Assembly (NCBI GenBank): GCA_964016885.1
Contig: OZ024742.1
Coordinates: 224,440,001-224,504,000 of the forward strand
Direction: 5' to 3'
DNA length: 64,000 bases
Origin: Eledone cirrhosa
Lineage: Eukaryota
Positions within the stretch are counted from its first letter, which is position 1; the number at the start of each line of letters is the position of its first letter. The position numbers were made by a program, and so were the translations under genes. The notes below the pieces were generated by a model that was not told the DNA's origin, did not search any database, and was given only the letters and a program-made list of their open reading frames with translations. Shown one piece after another: positions 27,769 through 43,035 of this stretch.

Positions 27769-29120
27769 ACTCTTTCATATTATGTGGATTTTCTTCCACA
27801 TTGCTGTAGCTTTTAATGTGTTTATTATCGGGGCTATCTTTTTTACGAACTGCATTGTTCAGTGTTTTGGCCGCTACATCATGCCTCATAGGTAGATAGT
27901 ACCGCGATGACATCTTTGGACAGCTGCTGATGACATGGATGATATCCTCGATGTTAGTTCTGCAGAGTCTGCACTTGTTATCACATCTATATGTGTTTTG
28001 TCTGCATCCTTATCTCTTTTGTGAATCAGGTATTTCGTGTTAATCTCCTGTTCTTGGATTGCAAAAGCGTATCCTACAAAGTGGGAGCCAATATAGCGGT
28101 TGTTGGTCCTAGATAGACTACTTTCCTTATCAATATTACTCTTACTCTAGAGCCTCCTGGGAACATATCCATGCATGATATTTTGCTGATAAGCATGCAG
28201 TTTTTCAGCCATGGATTCATTGCCATACTGCTGAGCGACTTCCCTGGGTGTGAGTTTTTGATTATCACACAGGGAATATCTCTCAAGGAGTTCCTTCCCA
28301 ACTCTCATGATCTTATCTGTTTCATGCAGATAGACTTGCTCAATAGACGGGCTCCTACGCTTCGAGGTTCGTAGATGTTGTCGGAGAGATATGATGCGAC
28401 ATTCAAATGCTGTCTGGTCTGATGTTAGGCCTCTGCCTCCCTGCTTACGTTTCAAGTAAAGGCGGTCTATGTCACTGTTGATGTGGAAGTTTCCGGTGTT
28501 GTTCAGTATTTTTCGAGTTCCAACATCAACTGCTCGGATTTCGTCTATCGTCCAATTGAGTATTCCAAACGTTGGTGTTAGGACAGGCACAGCAAACACA
28601 TTGTGAGCCACTGTTTTGTTTTGCGCAGAGAGTTCCGATGACCAGATCTTTCTTAATCGGGTGTAGTATTCCCTGGTTACGCGTTCTTTATTACAGATAC
28701 CATTATAGGATATGTTATCATCTATCCCCAGGTATCTGTAGCAGTCCTCATCAGATATCGGTGAAACAGTTAGACCATTGATGACAATGTTGCTAGATTG
28801 GGTTGTTGTTTTTCCCCGCTTTACAGTCATGTATGAGCATTTATCTTGGCCAAACTCCATTCCTATATCCTTTGAGAACGTTGTAACCAGGTCAAGATTT
28901 TTCTTGATCCCATCCATGTTCTTGGCATAGAGTTTCAGATCGTCCACAAAGAAATTATGGGTTAGGTTCGTATTTCTGTCCTCCTGTGAGCCAATGATGT
29001 ATCCCTCACATTTCTTGAGCAGAAAGGACAAGGGGTTTAATCACAAGATGAATAATATCACAGAGAGACTGTCCCCCTGAAATATACCCCTGCAATATTT
29101 TATTTTATCAGTGAAAATAG
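27769..29120 (-). pseudogene. R4/Dong-type non-LTR retrotransposon, RT plus CCHC zinc knuckle fragment
   Basis: FVDDLKLY, YRYLG, RLYLKRKQGGRGL, then CRLC..EDIIHVISSC..YYLPMRHD; frameshifted. Confidence 0.85.
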
Positions 29121-29289
29121 AGTGCATGTATGTATGTATGTATGTATGTATGTATGTATGTATGTATGTATGTATGTATGTATGTATTTTTCTTACAACG
29201 TTGACATCAAGTGGGCAGCTGATCTCTGCACGTTTTCAATATGTGGTCCCAAACCGGTTGTGCTTTAATTTGGTGGCAGTTTTTATGTA

Positions 29290-30913
29290 ACTTTTATGTA
29301 GGATGCTTCTGGACCGTCTGCTGACACACATTGCAGATTGTGTTCTTCCTGAAAGTCAATCTGGTTTTCATGCTGGACGTTGCACTACTGATATGATCTT
29401 CTCAGCTAGACAGTTCCAGGAGAAGTGCATGGAACAAGGTTGGGATCTGTATAAGGTTTTTGTCGATCTGACAAAAGCTTTCGATACTGTTAACAGAAAT
29501 ACATTATGGAAGGTTCTGCAGAAACTTGGTTACCCTGATAAGTTCCTTGCTTTGGTTAGGTCTTTCCATGACGACATGAAAGCTTGAGTTAATGTCTGGA
29601 GTAACATGTTGGAGCCTATCTCAGTAAAAAATGGAGTGAAACATGGGGATATTCCAGCACCGACCCTGTTTGCCATATACTTTGCAATGGTTTTCTATAT
29701 TGCATTCAGGAATTGCGAGCATGGTGTTTACATCCAATATCGAACCTCAGGCAGCATATTTAATATCATGCGCTTTACTGCAAAAACAAAAGTATTTACA
29801 TCAATCATAAGAGACCACTTGTATGCAGATGATTGCGATCTTGTAGCGCACACAGAAAGTGATATGGAGCACATTTTGAATGTATTTTCTGATGCTTGCA
29901 CTGCCCTAGGATTGACTGTCAGTCTCAAGAAAACCGTCGTCATGTACCAACCTGCCTCTGGTAAGCAGTACAGTGAACCAAATATCTATGTGCATGGTAA
30001 ACGACTTGGAGTGGTTGATCAGTTTGTCTACCTGGGAAGCACTGTCAATCGATACAACAACCTTGATAATGAAATCCCACTCAGGATTAGGAAAGCAAGT
30101 GATGCTTTAGGAAAGCTAGAAAGGCGACTCTGGGGCCGGCGAGACATATGCAAGAGGACAAAGGTAAAGGTGTACTATGCATGTGTGCTTTCTTCTCTTC
30201 TTTATGCCTGCGAGACCTGGGTCACATATCGACACCACCTTAAGCAATTGGAGCGTTTCCATCAGATGTCTCTCAGACTGATCCATGGCGTTCACTGGAG
30301 GGACCACATCAGTGATGTCGAGATTTTGGAAAGCTCTTTGTGTGACAGTATAGAAGCTCTTGTGCTTAAGCAAAGACTCCGTTGGAGTGGTATCTTTCCA
30401 GGATGAAGGATTCTAGAATACCAAAATAACTCTTTTAGGGAGAGTTAGTTAAAGGAAAACGACCTCCATATAAACCAAAAAAGAGGTACAAGGATTCCTT
30501 GAAAGCCTCTTTGAAAGACGCTAAGATCTCTGCTGATACATGGGAAAATGTTGCTGCTAATCATAATAAATAATATGAGGGGAAAGTTGCATCTCGAATC
30601 GCATACAAGAAAGTAAAGCGGGATGTGAGGAAAGGCATTACTGTTGCATTTCCAGACAGCGAAGGTCCTCCTATGGCGCTGACATGCAGCGTCTGTGCGA
30701 GACTCTGCCTAAGCTGGACTCCCAGTGAATGTTTTGGTTGCCAAATCTGTGCAAGACATTTTAGATCGTTGGCTGGGCTAAAAAGCCACATTCGATCGCA
30801 GCGCTGTACATTGCTATCGTGTGTCTGTGTAGATGTGTTTATGTGTGTGTGTGTGTGTATATATATGTATGTGTATATTATTATTGTTGTTGTTGTTGTT
30901 GTCGTTATTATTG

Positions 30914-30947
<34 letters not shown>

Positions 30948-31010
30948 GGTTTTTTTGTTTTTTTTCTCGTGCAATGGCCATACTCGATAACGATGGGACA
31001 GCCATCATGT
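29290..31010 (+). pseudogene. RTE-clade LINE, 5'-truncated RT with C-terminal zinc finger
   Basis: PESQSGF..FVDLTKAFD, YADD, FVYLGS, LLYACETW, RLRWSG, CQICARHFRSLAGLKSH; stop codons present; flanked by (TGTA)n. Confidence 0.92.
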
Positions 31011-31134
31011 ATGTACGTATGTATGTATGTACGTACGTACGTATGTATGTATGTATGTATGTATGTATGTATGTATGTATGTATGTATGTATGTATGTAT
31101 GTATGTATGTATGTATGTATGTATGTATATATGT

Positions 31135-32800
31135 CAGGTCACCAGTTGGTGCTACTGGTAACATGTATCCCAGTACAACCTGTCTCATGGTCGGGTCGTT
31201 GGCGACTAAACTGGCAACCCCACCAAGGTTTCTTGGTGAGGAGGGTGACTTTGGACATCCTGCAGGACTAAAAACAAAACCTGTCAAAGGGCAAAGGAGC
31301 TCTTAAGAGTCAATGGCCATCCAAAATCACCGGGAGAGATGATCCCTTAGCCTTTGTCAAGGCAGAATTCTAGGAGAAGGAAAACTCTGATATAACACCT
31401 GCAACCCTGATGGTATCCAATGATGTTGACTTGTTATTCTTTTTGATAAATATCATCTTGGTTAAGAGAGTGGGACTGGCTTTGTGCAGTGCCTTTGCTC
31501 ACTATAACAGCTTCACGGCACAGGCATTGCTTTAGATCTGGAGATCTTTCTGCATTTGTCGACACATGGAACCATGGGCCCAGCACTATGTGTCAATAAT
31601 TGTCACAAGTGTAGTGTTTGTACCAGAGTTTTCAAGTCGCTGGCTGGACTAAAAAGCCACACTCGTTCAGCGCATCGGTGGGGGTTCTCCTAGATAGATA
31701 TAAAGTAGTGGCCGTACTCGAAAACGAGTTGGCAGCCACCCTGTATATATATAAGTGTATGTATGTATGTATGTATGTATGTATATATATATCCGGGAGA
31801 GATGACTCCTTAGCCTTTGTCAAGGCAGAATTCTAGGAGAAGGAAAACTCTGATATAACACCTGTAACCCTGATGGTATCTAATGATGTTGACTTGTTCT
31901 TCATTTTGGTAAATATCATCTTGGTTAAGAGAGTGGGATTGGCTTTGTTCAGTGCCTTTGCTCACTATAAAAGCTTCACGGCACAGGCATTGCTTTATAT
32001 CTAGAGATCTCTCTGCACTTGTCGTCACATGGAGCCATGGGCCCAGCACTATGTGTCAATAATTGTCACAAGTGTAGTGTTTGTATCAGAGTTTTCAAGT
32101 CGCTGGCTGAACTAAAAAGTCACACTTGTTCAGCGCATCGGTAGGGGTTCTCCTACATGGATATAAAGTAGTGGCCGTACTCGAAAACGAGTTGACAGCC
32201 ACCATGTATATATGTATGCATGTATGTGTGTACGTATGTACGTATATATGTACGTGTGTATGAATGTATGTGTGTGTGTATGTATGTATGTATGTATGTT
32301 TTCTCTTTCTCTTAATTTCGAGTATATTTTTTGACCGGTGTTATATCAGAGTTTTCCTTCTCCTAGAATTCTGCCTTGACAAAGGCTAAGGGATCATCTC
32401 TCCCGATGATTTTGTGCAGTGCCTTTGCTCACTATAACAGCTTCACGGCACAGGCATTGCTTTAGATCTGGAGATCTTTCTGCATTTGACGACACATGGA
32501 ACCATGGGCCCAGCACTATGTGTCAATAATTGTCACAAGTGTAGTGTTTGTACCAGAGTTTTCAAGTCGCTGGCTGGACTAAAAAGCCACACTTGTTCAG
32601 CGCATCGGTAGGGGTTCTCCTACATGGATATAAAGTAGTGGCCGTACTCGAAAACGAGTTGACAGCCACCATGTATATATGTATGCATGTATGTGTGTAC
32701 GTATGTACGTATATATGTATGTGTGTATGAATGTATGTGTGTGTGTATGTATGTATGTATGTTTTCTCTTTCTCTTAATTTCGAGTATATTTTTGACCGG
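31135..32800 (+). mobile_element. Tandem triplication of a non-autonomous bipartite RTE derivative, with an internal inversion (about 32337-32405)
   Basis: RTE 5'UTR-like CTAGGAGAAGGAAAACTCTGA joined to an RTE 3' end encoding CSVCTRVFKSLAGLKSH; units start near 31135, 31793 and 32412. Confidence 0.75.
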
Positions 32801-33631
32801 TTGTATGTACGTACGTTTGTATGTATGCACGTACGTATGTATGTATCTATTTATGTATGTATATATTCGTGTATGTATTATGCATGCATGCTTGTATGTA
32901 TGTATGTATGTATGTACGTATGTATGCATGTATGTTTGTAAGTTTGGATTTATGTATGTATGTATGCATGTATATATGTACGTACGTACTTATGTATGTA
33001 TGTATGTATGTTTATATGTATGTATGCATGCATGCATGTTTGTATATATGTATGCATGTACGTATGTAAGTATATACGTATGTATGTACGTAGGTACGTA
33101 TGTTTGTATGTGTGTTTATATGTATGTACGCATGTATGTATGAATGTATATATGTATGTATGTATGTATGTATAATTTAGAAATCATGTATAATTTAGAA
33201 GTGATGAATTTTTATTCTCTTGCTTATGACAGACGCCCAACCGACAATAATTGACCAATATTCGAAAAACTGAAAAAATTTCAGATGTAAATGAGATTAT
33301 AAAATATAACACATATGAATCTTAACACCTCCTCCATCCTTCCCTGACCCTCCCCACTACATCCCTGTCTTTCTCCCTCCCTATCCCCTCACTGATTTTC
33401 CTCCGTCTTAGAAACGTAAAAGACAGCTGCATTTTCTGAGAACTTATACCAATTCGAAAGAAATTCGTTACCTCTTAATCGACTGACCCATTATCATAAA
33501 ATCATTTCGGTTTATTTACATTTTCTTCTTTATAATACCACTAATGTTGTGGAATTGATACAAAAATCTGCAGTAACAATAACAATACAAATATTCAAAG
33601 AAAATAAACAAACTTAACTGCAATGAGAAAT

Positions 33632-33843
<212 letters not shown>

Positions 33844-33861
33844 CATATATATATGTATATA

Positions 33862-33903
<42 letters not shown>

Positions 33904-33927
33904 CATATATATATGTATATATATATG

Positions 33928-33975
<48 letters not shown>

Positions 33976-34071
33976 CATATATATATACATATGTATATAT
34001 ATGTACATTTATGCATATATATATATACATACATATATATATACATATATATATGTATATATATATATATT

Positions 34072-34135
<64 letters not shown>

Positions 34136-34243
34136 TGTATATATATATACATATATGTATATATGTATATATATATACATATATGTACATATATCTACAT
34201 CTATATCTATATATATATATTTCTCTCTCTATATATATGTATA

Positions 34244-34278
<35 letters not shown>

Positions 34279-34540
34279 GGGGGGGGGGGGGTAAATATGT
34301 ATAAACGAAGGGCACAGCAAAAAAATAAAGCGCTTTATCATTACATGTCAGCACCACATTTGATGACACTTCAGAATTTCAAGACCTCAACCACAAATGT
34401 TTTAAATACACTCACTAATTCGAATTTAAAGTAGGATTTTATTCATTTCATTTATTTACACACACACACAGACAGACAGACAGACACACACACACACACA
34501 CACGCACACGCACACGTACACACACACACTCACATATATA

Positions 34541-34706
34541 GAGGTAAAATTCAGTTATAATGAATGTTTCCGTATAACGAAATTTTTTTCAATCCCCGGC
34601 CACCCGCTCGATGTGTTAGGTCGATCTCTTTATCTCGTTATAAAGAATTTTTCGTTACAAATATTTTTTTATATCCAGTGAATTTCGTTATAAAGGAATT
34701 TCATTA
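34541..34706. mobile_element. Probable MITE with imperfect TIRs
   Basis: gtaaaattcagttataatgaa at the left and ttcgttataaaggaatttcatt at the right; internal TTATAACGAA-like repeats. Confidence 0.45.
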
Positions 34707-34724
34707 TATATACATGTCAACAAG

Positions 34725-35050
34725 AAAATATATCGTAGTCCCCCTTCGGTCACGGATAACCATGGTTTTGCACCTGGAAAGTTTCCCTTCGAGGCACAAG
34801 CCTGACTAAGGTGTGTTTGTCCCCCATGCATACCAGTCACCTCCCTCCACGCCACTGATGATGTCCAAGGGAAAGACAAAGGCCGATAAAGCGTGGCGTC
34901 AGCGACGTCAAAACACATTTCCACAGTTGTTGAACTGGAGCAACGTGAAATAAAGTGTCTTGCCCAAGGACATAACCACCGCACAACGAAAATCGAACAC
35001 ACCCCACAGGATTGTAAGCCCAACATTTTAACTACCCAGCCATGCGCCTT
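34725..35050 (-). mobile_element. SINE family B (tRNA head plus CORE/V-like domain)
   Basis: Minus strand has GGCGCATGGCTGGGTAGTTA..TGTCCTTGGGCAAGACACTTTATTTCACGTTGCTCCAGT. Confidence 0.7.
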
Positions 35051-35872
35051 TACACACACACACATACACACACACAAGCACACACATATATATATACATA
35101 TATATTGTAAACATTTCTTTAGGGAAAGTCAGTCCAATGCAAGTTGGAAAGTGGTAACGAGTATGAAGTAGACAAACAAACCATAAATGTTTTCACTATT
35201 ACCTTAAATTCCATGATAATTCGGTGTTATGAGCCCCATTTCAAAAACAAAATATAATCAAGTGGTGGTGATGGATATATCAAGAACTGGACAAACTTAA
35301 AACATAATGAATATATATAAGGGCAATAATATTTATATATATATTCAGTATCAGTAGAAAATGCACACAGTTACATACGATGAACAGATACGTGTGTCTT
35401 TAGCACGACAGCCACCTTCCTGGCATGCACTTTCGTTCACGAAAGTGATCTTGCCCGTTTAAAGCCATTTGCACAACCTATTGGAGATCATTCTGTGGGC
35501 AAGATGCATGTGAGACAGTAAGAAAACAGTAAGAATGGATAGGAAAATGTATATATATATGTGTGTGTGTGTGTGTGAGTGCGCATTTGTGTGTGTATGC
35601 GTGTGTATGTGTGCGTGTGTGCGTATGTATGTGCGTATGCGTGTGTGTGGTGTGTGGGTGTATGTGTGTGTGAAAAGTAAACGAATTAACAGCAAAACAT
35701 AACAGTCGAATGAAGATATATATTAGTTTAACGCTTGATATAGTAGCAAAAGAGTCTTAACATTTCGGATGTTAGTCCTCCAGAAGATATATATATGTAT
35801 GTATGTATGTATATATCTTTATATATATTACAGAAAAAAGAGAATCAGTGTTGCGACGAAAGGAATTTATCG

Positions 35873-35967
35873 GACATATTACAATTGTTTCTCGGGCGAC
35901 CAGCTCGAGGCACGATCGATGTGGTGATCAAACCTAACTCTGAAATCGCGCGGTCCTCGGATACATC
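35873..35967 (-). ncRNA. Degenerate hammerhead ribozyme in a (TA)n-flanked insert (about 35826-35992)
   Basis: GATGTAT-CCGAGGA(U4>C)-long stem II-GAA-ACAATTGT-A-ATATGTC. Confidence 0.55.
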
Positions 35968-35989
35968 TCGATTCTACGAAGCAGATTTT

Positions 35990-36097
<108 letters not shown>

Positions 36098-36673
36098 CAT
36101 ACATATGTATAGATACATATGTTTAGAATGAGTTGGTGATCTATCCTTTTGAACTTGGTGGGAGCAGGCGATACATAATGATGATAATGATAATGATAAC
36201 GGTGATGATTATGATAATAATGATTACGGTGATGGTGGTGATAATGCAGATCATGATGGTTATGATATTGGTGACGTTAATGGGGTTTGGTTGTGTTGGT
36301 GTTGGCGATAATGATGATGATGATTCTGCTGCTGCTGATGGTACTGCTCCTGTTGGTGTTTGTGGTTAGTGATGATGACGAAGGTGTTGGGGGCTGCTAA
36401 TTGTGGTGTTGGTGTTGAGATGTTGTTGGTAATGATGATGGTGAGGATCAGCAGTAGAATACTTCGACAAAAAAATGAACGCGACGTTTCCAAACAGTAA
36501 TGTGTCACGTTCAGGAAATCTTCTTCATTAGTCGTTTGGAATTCCAAATTCCAAAATGTCTTCCCCTCACATCAATTAAGGGAAGACGTGAAACATTTTA
36601 TGGAGAATCAGCCATTCCACCATCCAACCATCCATCAATTTATCCATCTTTCTACCCATTAATGTATCCATTC

Positions 36674-36759
<86 letters not shown>

Positions 36760-37084
36760 AAAGAAATATATCTATCTATCTTTCTAGCGATCTATTTATC
36801 TATCCATCAATCCACTTATCCCTCCTTCCACCCATCCATTCATCTATCCATCCAACCAGCCATCTCTTCTTCACTTCTGTGAAGCGGAACCATTCAATGG
36901 TGTATTTTCAATTTTCATCCCAGGAGAGAAGACGTCTCGCAGACGAGATAATGGAAGATATTCTATCACTTTCTCCTCCATTAAAAGCACGATGTATCTT
37001 TACATCGCAGCTACAACCTTAGGTTGGGGACGGTAGAATTACGTACTTGGTATAGTTCCATGGCAAATATCCTTTGAGTTAGGC

Positions 37085-37500
37085 CTCATGCCTCTACACA
37101 CTTAGCCCAGCGATCTTTCTAGTTTTTGAAGCACGTCTGAACTTCTACTTCTGAAATGGCTCTCACTTCCACCGTCACAGTATATGTGATTTCCTCTCAG
37201 CTTTCCAAGCGGGGGCTCTTCAATGGTACCTTTATTTTTATGAACAAGCTGTAGTCAGGAGGAACCATGTCTAGAGGGTAGAGGGCCTGTTAAATGAGGA
37301 AAAACTTTGGATCAGCTGCGACAAAAGAGTCGAGTTGTCAAGAAATCTCTTACACTGAACAGCATCGCGAAGACGTCGAAGTACTTTCTGATAGTATTCT
37401 TTTGTAACTGTTTATTGTTCTGGTTCTCATTGATGATGCACAATCCTTTGGTATTTGAATAAAACCGTGAGCATTACTTTGAATCCCTCCCCCACCTGAC
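37085..37500 (-). pseudogene. Decayed mariner transposase C-terminal fragment
   Basis: Minus-strand remnants YPLDMVPPDYSLF (YSPDLAP-like) and RWAKCVEA. Confidence 0.55.
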
Positions 37501-37700
37501 GTATAGTTCGGGCCTTGGCGACGATGGATGCTTTCACTGTGATGCCATTCCATCGCAGGGTTAAATACCTAGCTACTGCTGGTACTCATTTTCAGCTGAG
37601 TGGACTGGAGCAACATAAAGTATTTTGCTCAAAAACACAACATACAACCCTGTCCAGGAATCTAACCCACGACATTATGATCGAATGTCCAACACTCTAA

Positions 37701-37742
<42 letters not shown>

Positions 37743-37967
37743 AGTATAGAAATGATTGTAGCAAGAAGCCAACAGTATTCCATAATATATAAGTGACTAT
37801 AGCGTCAAAATGGGAAAATAGTTGACGAAAGATGTGGGGAAAATAATTCAAACTCAATTCAAAAAGAATCAGGATATAGATTCATCCAACAGATTTTAGT
37901 GAAATCCAGGGAAAAATCAATAGAACCTTAACTCATGATAAAATAAAGTTTAAAATACTCATCCTTC

Positions 37968-38029
<62 letters not shown>

Positions 38030-38036
<7 letters not shown>

Positions 38037-38137
38037 AAATGTTCAAGACCCCGACGGCAGAGCTCAAGCCGTTTCGACCCTAAGTATTGAATACTCTGGT
38101 GCGTTATGGTCCATCTGGTTCCTTACCACTCTTCCTT

Positions 38138-38142
<5 letters not shown>
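38030..38142 (+). mobile_element. P1-family fold-back with the centre deleted
   Basis: Inverted arm GACCCCGACGGCAGAGCTCAAGCCGTTTCGAC fused to the P1 tail; (TA)n on both sides. Confidence 0.75.
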
Positions 38143-38177
<35 letters not shown>

Positions 38178-39379
38178 ATGTTATAAGCAATAAACATGTT
38201 TTGATCCGCCTCATTATCTCAATGTCTGATTGACGGATAGCAACAATTAACATCACAGCAACTAATATACTGACGACTTAACTATTGAGCCATGTGTTTA
38301 TATGTATGAACTCAACGACCAGCTTCATTGACTGATCAATTGCTAATTACATAATTAATCCTCTAATTAGTTCATAATCAAAGGAAGTATCAGACACCCA
38401 ACAAACGATAAGATTTACTAATTATTTAATTAATTAATTAGTAGTCTTAATGACACTGAATAATGAGCTATCACACTTAACACTTAATGTGATTGATCTT
38501 CAGACGATTTAAACGATGGACATTCAGGTGTTCGGCCAACTGAACGCCATTAACGTGTAAGTGGCTGAGTATTCCACAGACACGTGCACACATAACGTAA
38601 TTCTTTGGCAGAATAAGCATGACACAGGGTGTGACAAGACTGGATCTTTGAATTACAGTTGCAAATCTGTCTTGTAGTATTATATTATAAGTGGCTGAGC
38701 ATTCTAGCAACGGTTGTAGCTTTAACCTAATTCTTTGACTCAATCAGCTTGACAAAAATTGTGACAGGTGTCTCTTTGAATTACAGGTACAATCCATCTG
38801 ACTGGCTTCCATGCAATTTTTTGCTTACACATTTTCACTCACAAACCTTGAATCGACTCGATGCTATTCTAAAAGAGGCCCAATATATCATACAATAGGA
38901 CTGAGCCCGGGACCTTATGTTTGCGAAGCGAACTTCTTAACTACTCAATCATGTCTGAGATCTTGTCTTAATTTCAGTCTAACAAATTATTTAACTGTAG
39001 GGAGTGTTTTGTCCTTGATCGGTTATGACGATGAGCATACAGTTGTTCGGTCAACTGAACTTCCTACTTATCAAAATAACTTGTAAGTGGCTAAGTATTC
39101 AACAGACACTGGCAGCCTTAACGTAATTCTCCAGCAGAACCTCGGTGACACAATATGCGACACAGCTAGACATTTGAATTACAGGTACAGTCCATCTGAT
39201 GGGGCTCAGACATCTCGTGTGATGCTTTAACAATTCGGCAAACCCCACACTCACCCATAAACAGTTAGTTTATTTTATTGGTAACCAAAAAGATGAAAGG
39301 CAAAGTTGATCTTGATGGGATATGAAATCAGAGAGCAGGGAGCCGGAAGATAAACCGCAAGTCATTTTGTCCTACGCTC

Positions 39380-39840
39380 GTATAGACACACTCCAGCTTC
39401 TCACCCGTAGACACACTCCAGCTTCTCACCCACAGGCATATTCCAACCTCTGGTCCATAGACACACTCCAACCTCACACTCACTGTCTCACTCCAACGTC
39501 TAGTCTTGTCCACATTTACACTCCAACCTCTGGCCCATAGTTACACTCCAGCCTCTCACTCACATTCACACTTCAACAATTCACACACAGGCGCACTCCA
39601 ACCTCTCACAGTCACACTCCAGCCTCTCACAGTCACATTGCAACCATTCACATCCCCTACACTCTAACCACTGGTCCACAGACACACTCTAACCTCTAAC
39701 AGTCACACTCCAACCATTCACACCCCTTAGACTCCAACCACTGGTCCATAGACACACTCCAACCTCTCACACTCACACTCCAACCATTCACACCCCCTAC
39801 ACTCCGACCACTGGTCCACAGAAACATTCTAACCTCTTAC
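39380..39840. repeat. Degenerate 25-bp minisatellite
   Basis: cagacacactccaacctctcaca-like units. Confidence 0.8.
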
Positions 39841-40346
39841 AACTCTGCCTTGTAAATTGTAAATTGTAAATTCCATGATTCCAATCCGACAGAGAGTTCG
39901 ATATCAGTAATTGAAAAGCCAATGGAAACATAGCTCCGTTGGTCCGATCTGACGATCGACTGCTTTCTTTTTAGCTAAATCCAAGTCTTATCTCATCAAT
40001 TCAAGAATTATAGAAGTCAATCAGTAGTGATCGAGTGGCGATAATCATGTAAGACACCCCCACAGCAAAGGAGATTAATTCAGACCCTGTTTGAAAACAT
40101 GTTTGGTCTTGTTAACACGTTTAGTTATTTTTATTTCATCTTCCGTCACTATTGTTGCTGAAGCAGGTCATTAGCTTAGAAGACATTGAGAGATTAAACC
40201 ACTTAATGCCTCCTTGACAGCTTCTTTAGAACGTGGGCCCATCACTGATTCTTGCTCATGAGAAGATTCGCCGTTAATTTTGGAAGTTAACAAAATACTT
40301 CAGCTTTACAGCGTCCGAGACATGACTAAATGACATAGATTCTTTT

Positions 40347-41290
40347 ACAGACACACTCCAGCTTCTCACTCAGACACACTCCAGCTTCTCACTCACAGAC
40401 ACACTCCAACCTCTCCCCACAAACACACTCCAGCCTCTCACTCACAGACACACTCCAGCTGCTCACTCACAGACACACTCCAGCTTCTCACTCACAGACA
40501 CACTCCAGCTTCTCACTCACAGACACACTCCAGCTTCTCACTCACAGACACACTCCAGCTTCTCACTCACAGACACACTCTAGCTTCTCACTCATAGACA
40601 CACTCTAGCTTCTCACTCACAGACACACTCCAGCTTCTCACTCACAGACACACTCCAGCTGCTCACTCACAGACACACTCCAGCTTCTCACTCACAGACA
40701 CACTCTAGCTTCTCACTCACAGACACACTCTAGCTTCTCACTCACAGACACACTCCAGCTTCTCACTCACAGACACACTCCAACCTCTCCCCACAAACAC
40801 ACTCCAGCCTCTCACTCACAGACACACTCCAGCTGCTCACTCACAGACACACTCCAACCTCTCCCCACAAACACACTCTAGCCTCTCACTCACAGACACA
40901 CTCCAGCTGCTCACTCACAGACACTCCAGCTTCTCACTCACAGACATACTCCAGCTGCTCACTCACAGACACACTCCAGCTTCTCACTCACAGATACACT
41001 CAAAGATCTGACTCACAGACACACTCCAAGCTCTTACTCACTGACACACTCCAAGCTCTGGTCCATAGACACACTCTAACCTCTTACTCAAAGACACAGT
41101 CCTACCTCTCACCCACCCACACAGTCCAACCTCTTACTCACTGACACACTCCAACATTTCACCCACAGACTCACTCCAACCTCTCGTCCACAGACACACT
41201 CCAGCCTCACACTCACTGTTACACTCCAACCAATGGTCCTCAAACACAGTCCAACCTCTTACTCACAGACATACTCCAATTCTGGCCTGC
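40347..41290. repeat. 25-bp minisatellite
   Basis: Unit CAGACACACTCCAGCTTCTCACTCA; period checked between 40441 and 40491. Confidence 0.95.
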
Positions 41291-41630
41291 AGACGTGCTA
41301 TCTCTTTTCTCTATCTTTTACACAATTACTATAATGACCTCTGCTACTCAAATCTACCTAGTCTCATGTTACCACAAATTAGACATTTCTCAGTCACTCA
41401 TCTCTCCTAAGTCACCAAGATAATGTAAATCTTCCTAATTCTTTTTATACCAAACTGCTTGAAGCAGTCTCTAGTTCTGTGATACAAAGCTTTATTTCAG
41501 AGTGGTTATAGTTATCTAACATTCTTTGTTACATTTTATGTAAGATTCTTTGTTTTAGACATCAAATTAATAATGGGAAAGTAAGTTATATTACAAAGTC
41601 ACTTCAATTATTGAAAATTATTACAAATAT

Positions 41631-41795
41631 GGTGGATTGGCAGTATCGGTAGAGGGTCGGACGCCATGCTTTGTAGAATAGAGTTACGCCCATTTACGGT
41701 CTTAGTTCAAATTCCGCCGAGATTAATTTTGACTTTCATCCTTACGGGGTCGATAAAATAAAGTATCTTTTGTGCCGAAAGTAGAAACAATTATT
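41631..41795 (+). mobile_element. SINE family A with 15-bp TSD
   Basis: AATTATTACAAATAT at 41616-41630 and 41789-41803. Confidence 0.9.
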
Positions 41796-41811
41796 ACAAA
41801 TATTGTAATGA

Positions 41812-41938
41812 AATAATTGTTTCTACGTTTGGCACAAGGCCAGCAATTACTCAGTACATTACTGGTACTTTATTTTATCGATCCCGTAAGGATGAAAGGC
41901 AAAGTTAACCTCGGCGGGATTTGGACTCTGAACTCAGA
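41812..41938 (-). mobile_element. 5'-truncated SINE family A, tail-to-tail with the previous copy
   Basis: 3' two-thirds of the consensus on minus. Confidence 0.88.
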
Positions 41939-41963
41939 ATGGAAATAATGTACTTTATACATA

Positions 41964-42439
41964 CTAGTAAAAAAACCACCCTTCGGGTGGTTTTCTGCTA
42001 GCATGTGTAGTGTGTATATTGGTATTATACGCAGCTATATATACATGTAGATATGATACATCAAATAAAATCGTAATTGACAATATACACAGAAATTGAA
42101 CGGAGACTACGTTACACTGTCTTATGTAATCAGTAACGTAATCCATGATACATTAAAAAAAGATGATATTATATATAAACTGCATTAGGAGAAATTAGGG
42201 ACACAAAATTAGTATGTTTATTTAAGCGATCGCCACCGAAAGTCTTGACGTCACATACTCTCTCTTTCTATATATATATGCTAGTTGAAGTGATGGTGGT
42301 GTTTACGAAATTTAGTAGACAAATTATGTAATATTCATTCATTATTTATTCAAAGTCATCCAACTTATTTTACTAACGGGGTAAAAAAAATAAATAAACC
42401 AGACGCAGTCCCGCAGACCTTCCTTTATTATAGTTTAGA
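41964..42439 (-). mobile_element. Non-autonomous Helitron
   Basis: Minus strand starts A|TCTAAACTATAATAAAGG and ends with hairpin AAAACCACCCGAAGGGTGGTTTT then TTTACTAG|T. Confidence 0.7.
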
Positions 42440-42512
42440 TATATCTTTAAGCCGTTGGTGGCTGAGAGAAGGGAGTACTCAGTACCGATGTATAGTTTTG
42501 ATATTCATTTTT

Positions 42513-42991
<479 letters not shown>

Positions 42992-42993
42992 TA

Positions 42994-43034
<41 letters not shown>

Positions 43035-43035
<1 letters not shown>

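Noticed and set aside
40347-41290. CRISPR-like 25-bp repeats
   Set aside because: Pure tandem minisatellite without spacers.
41964-42000. Rho-independent terminator-like hairpin
   Set aside because: Better explained as a Helitron 3' hairpin plus CTAG in a eukaryotic genome.
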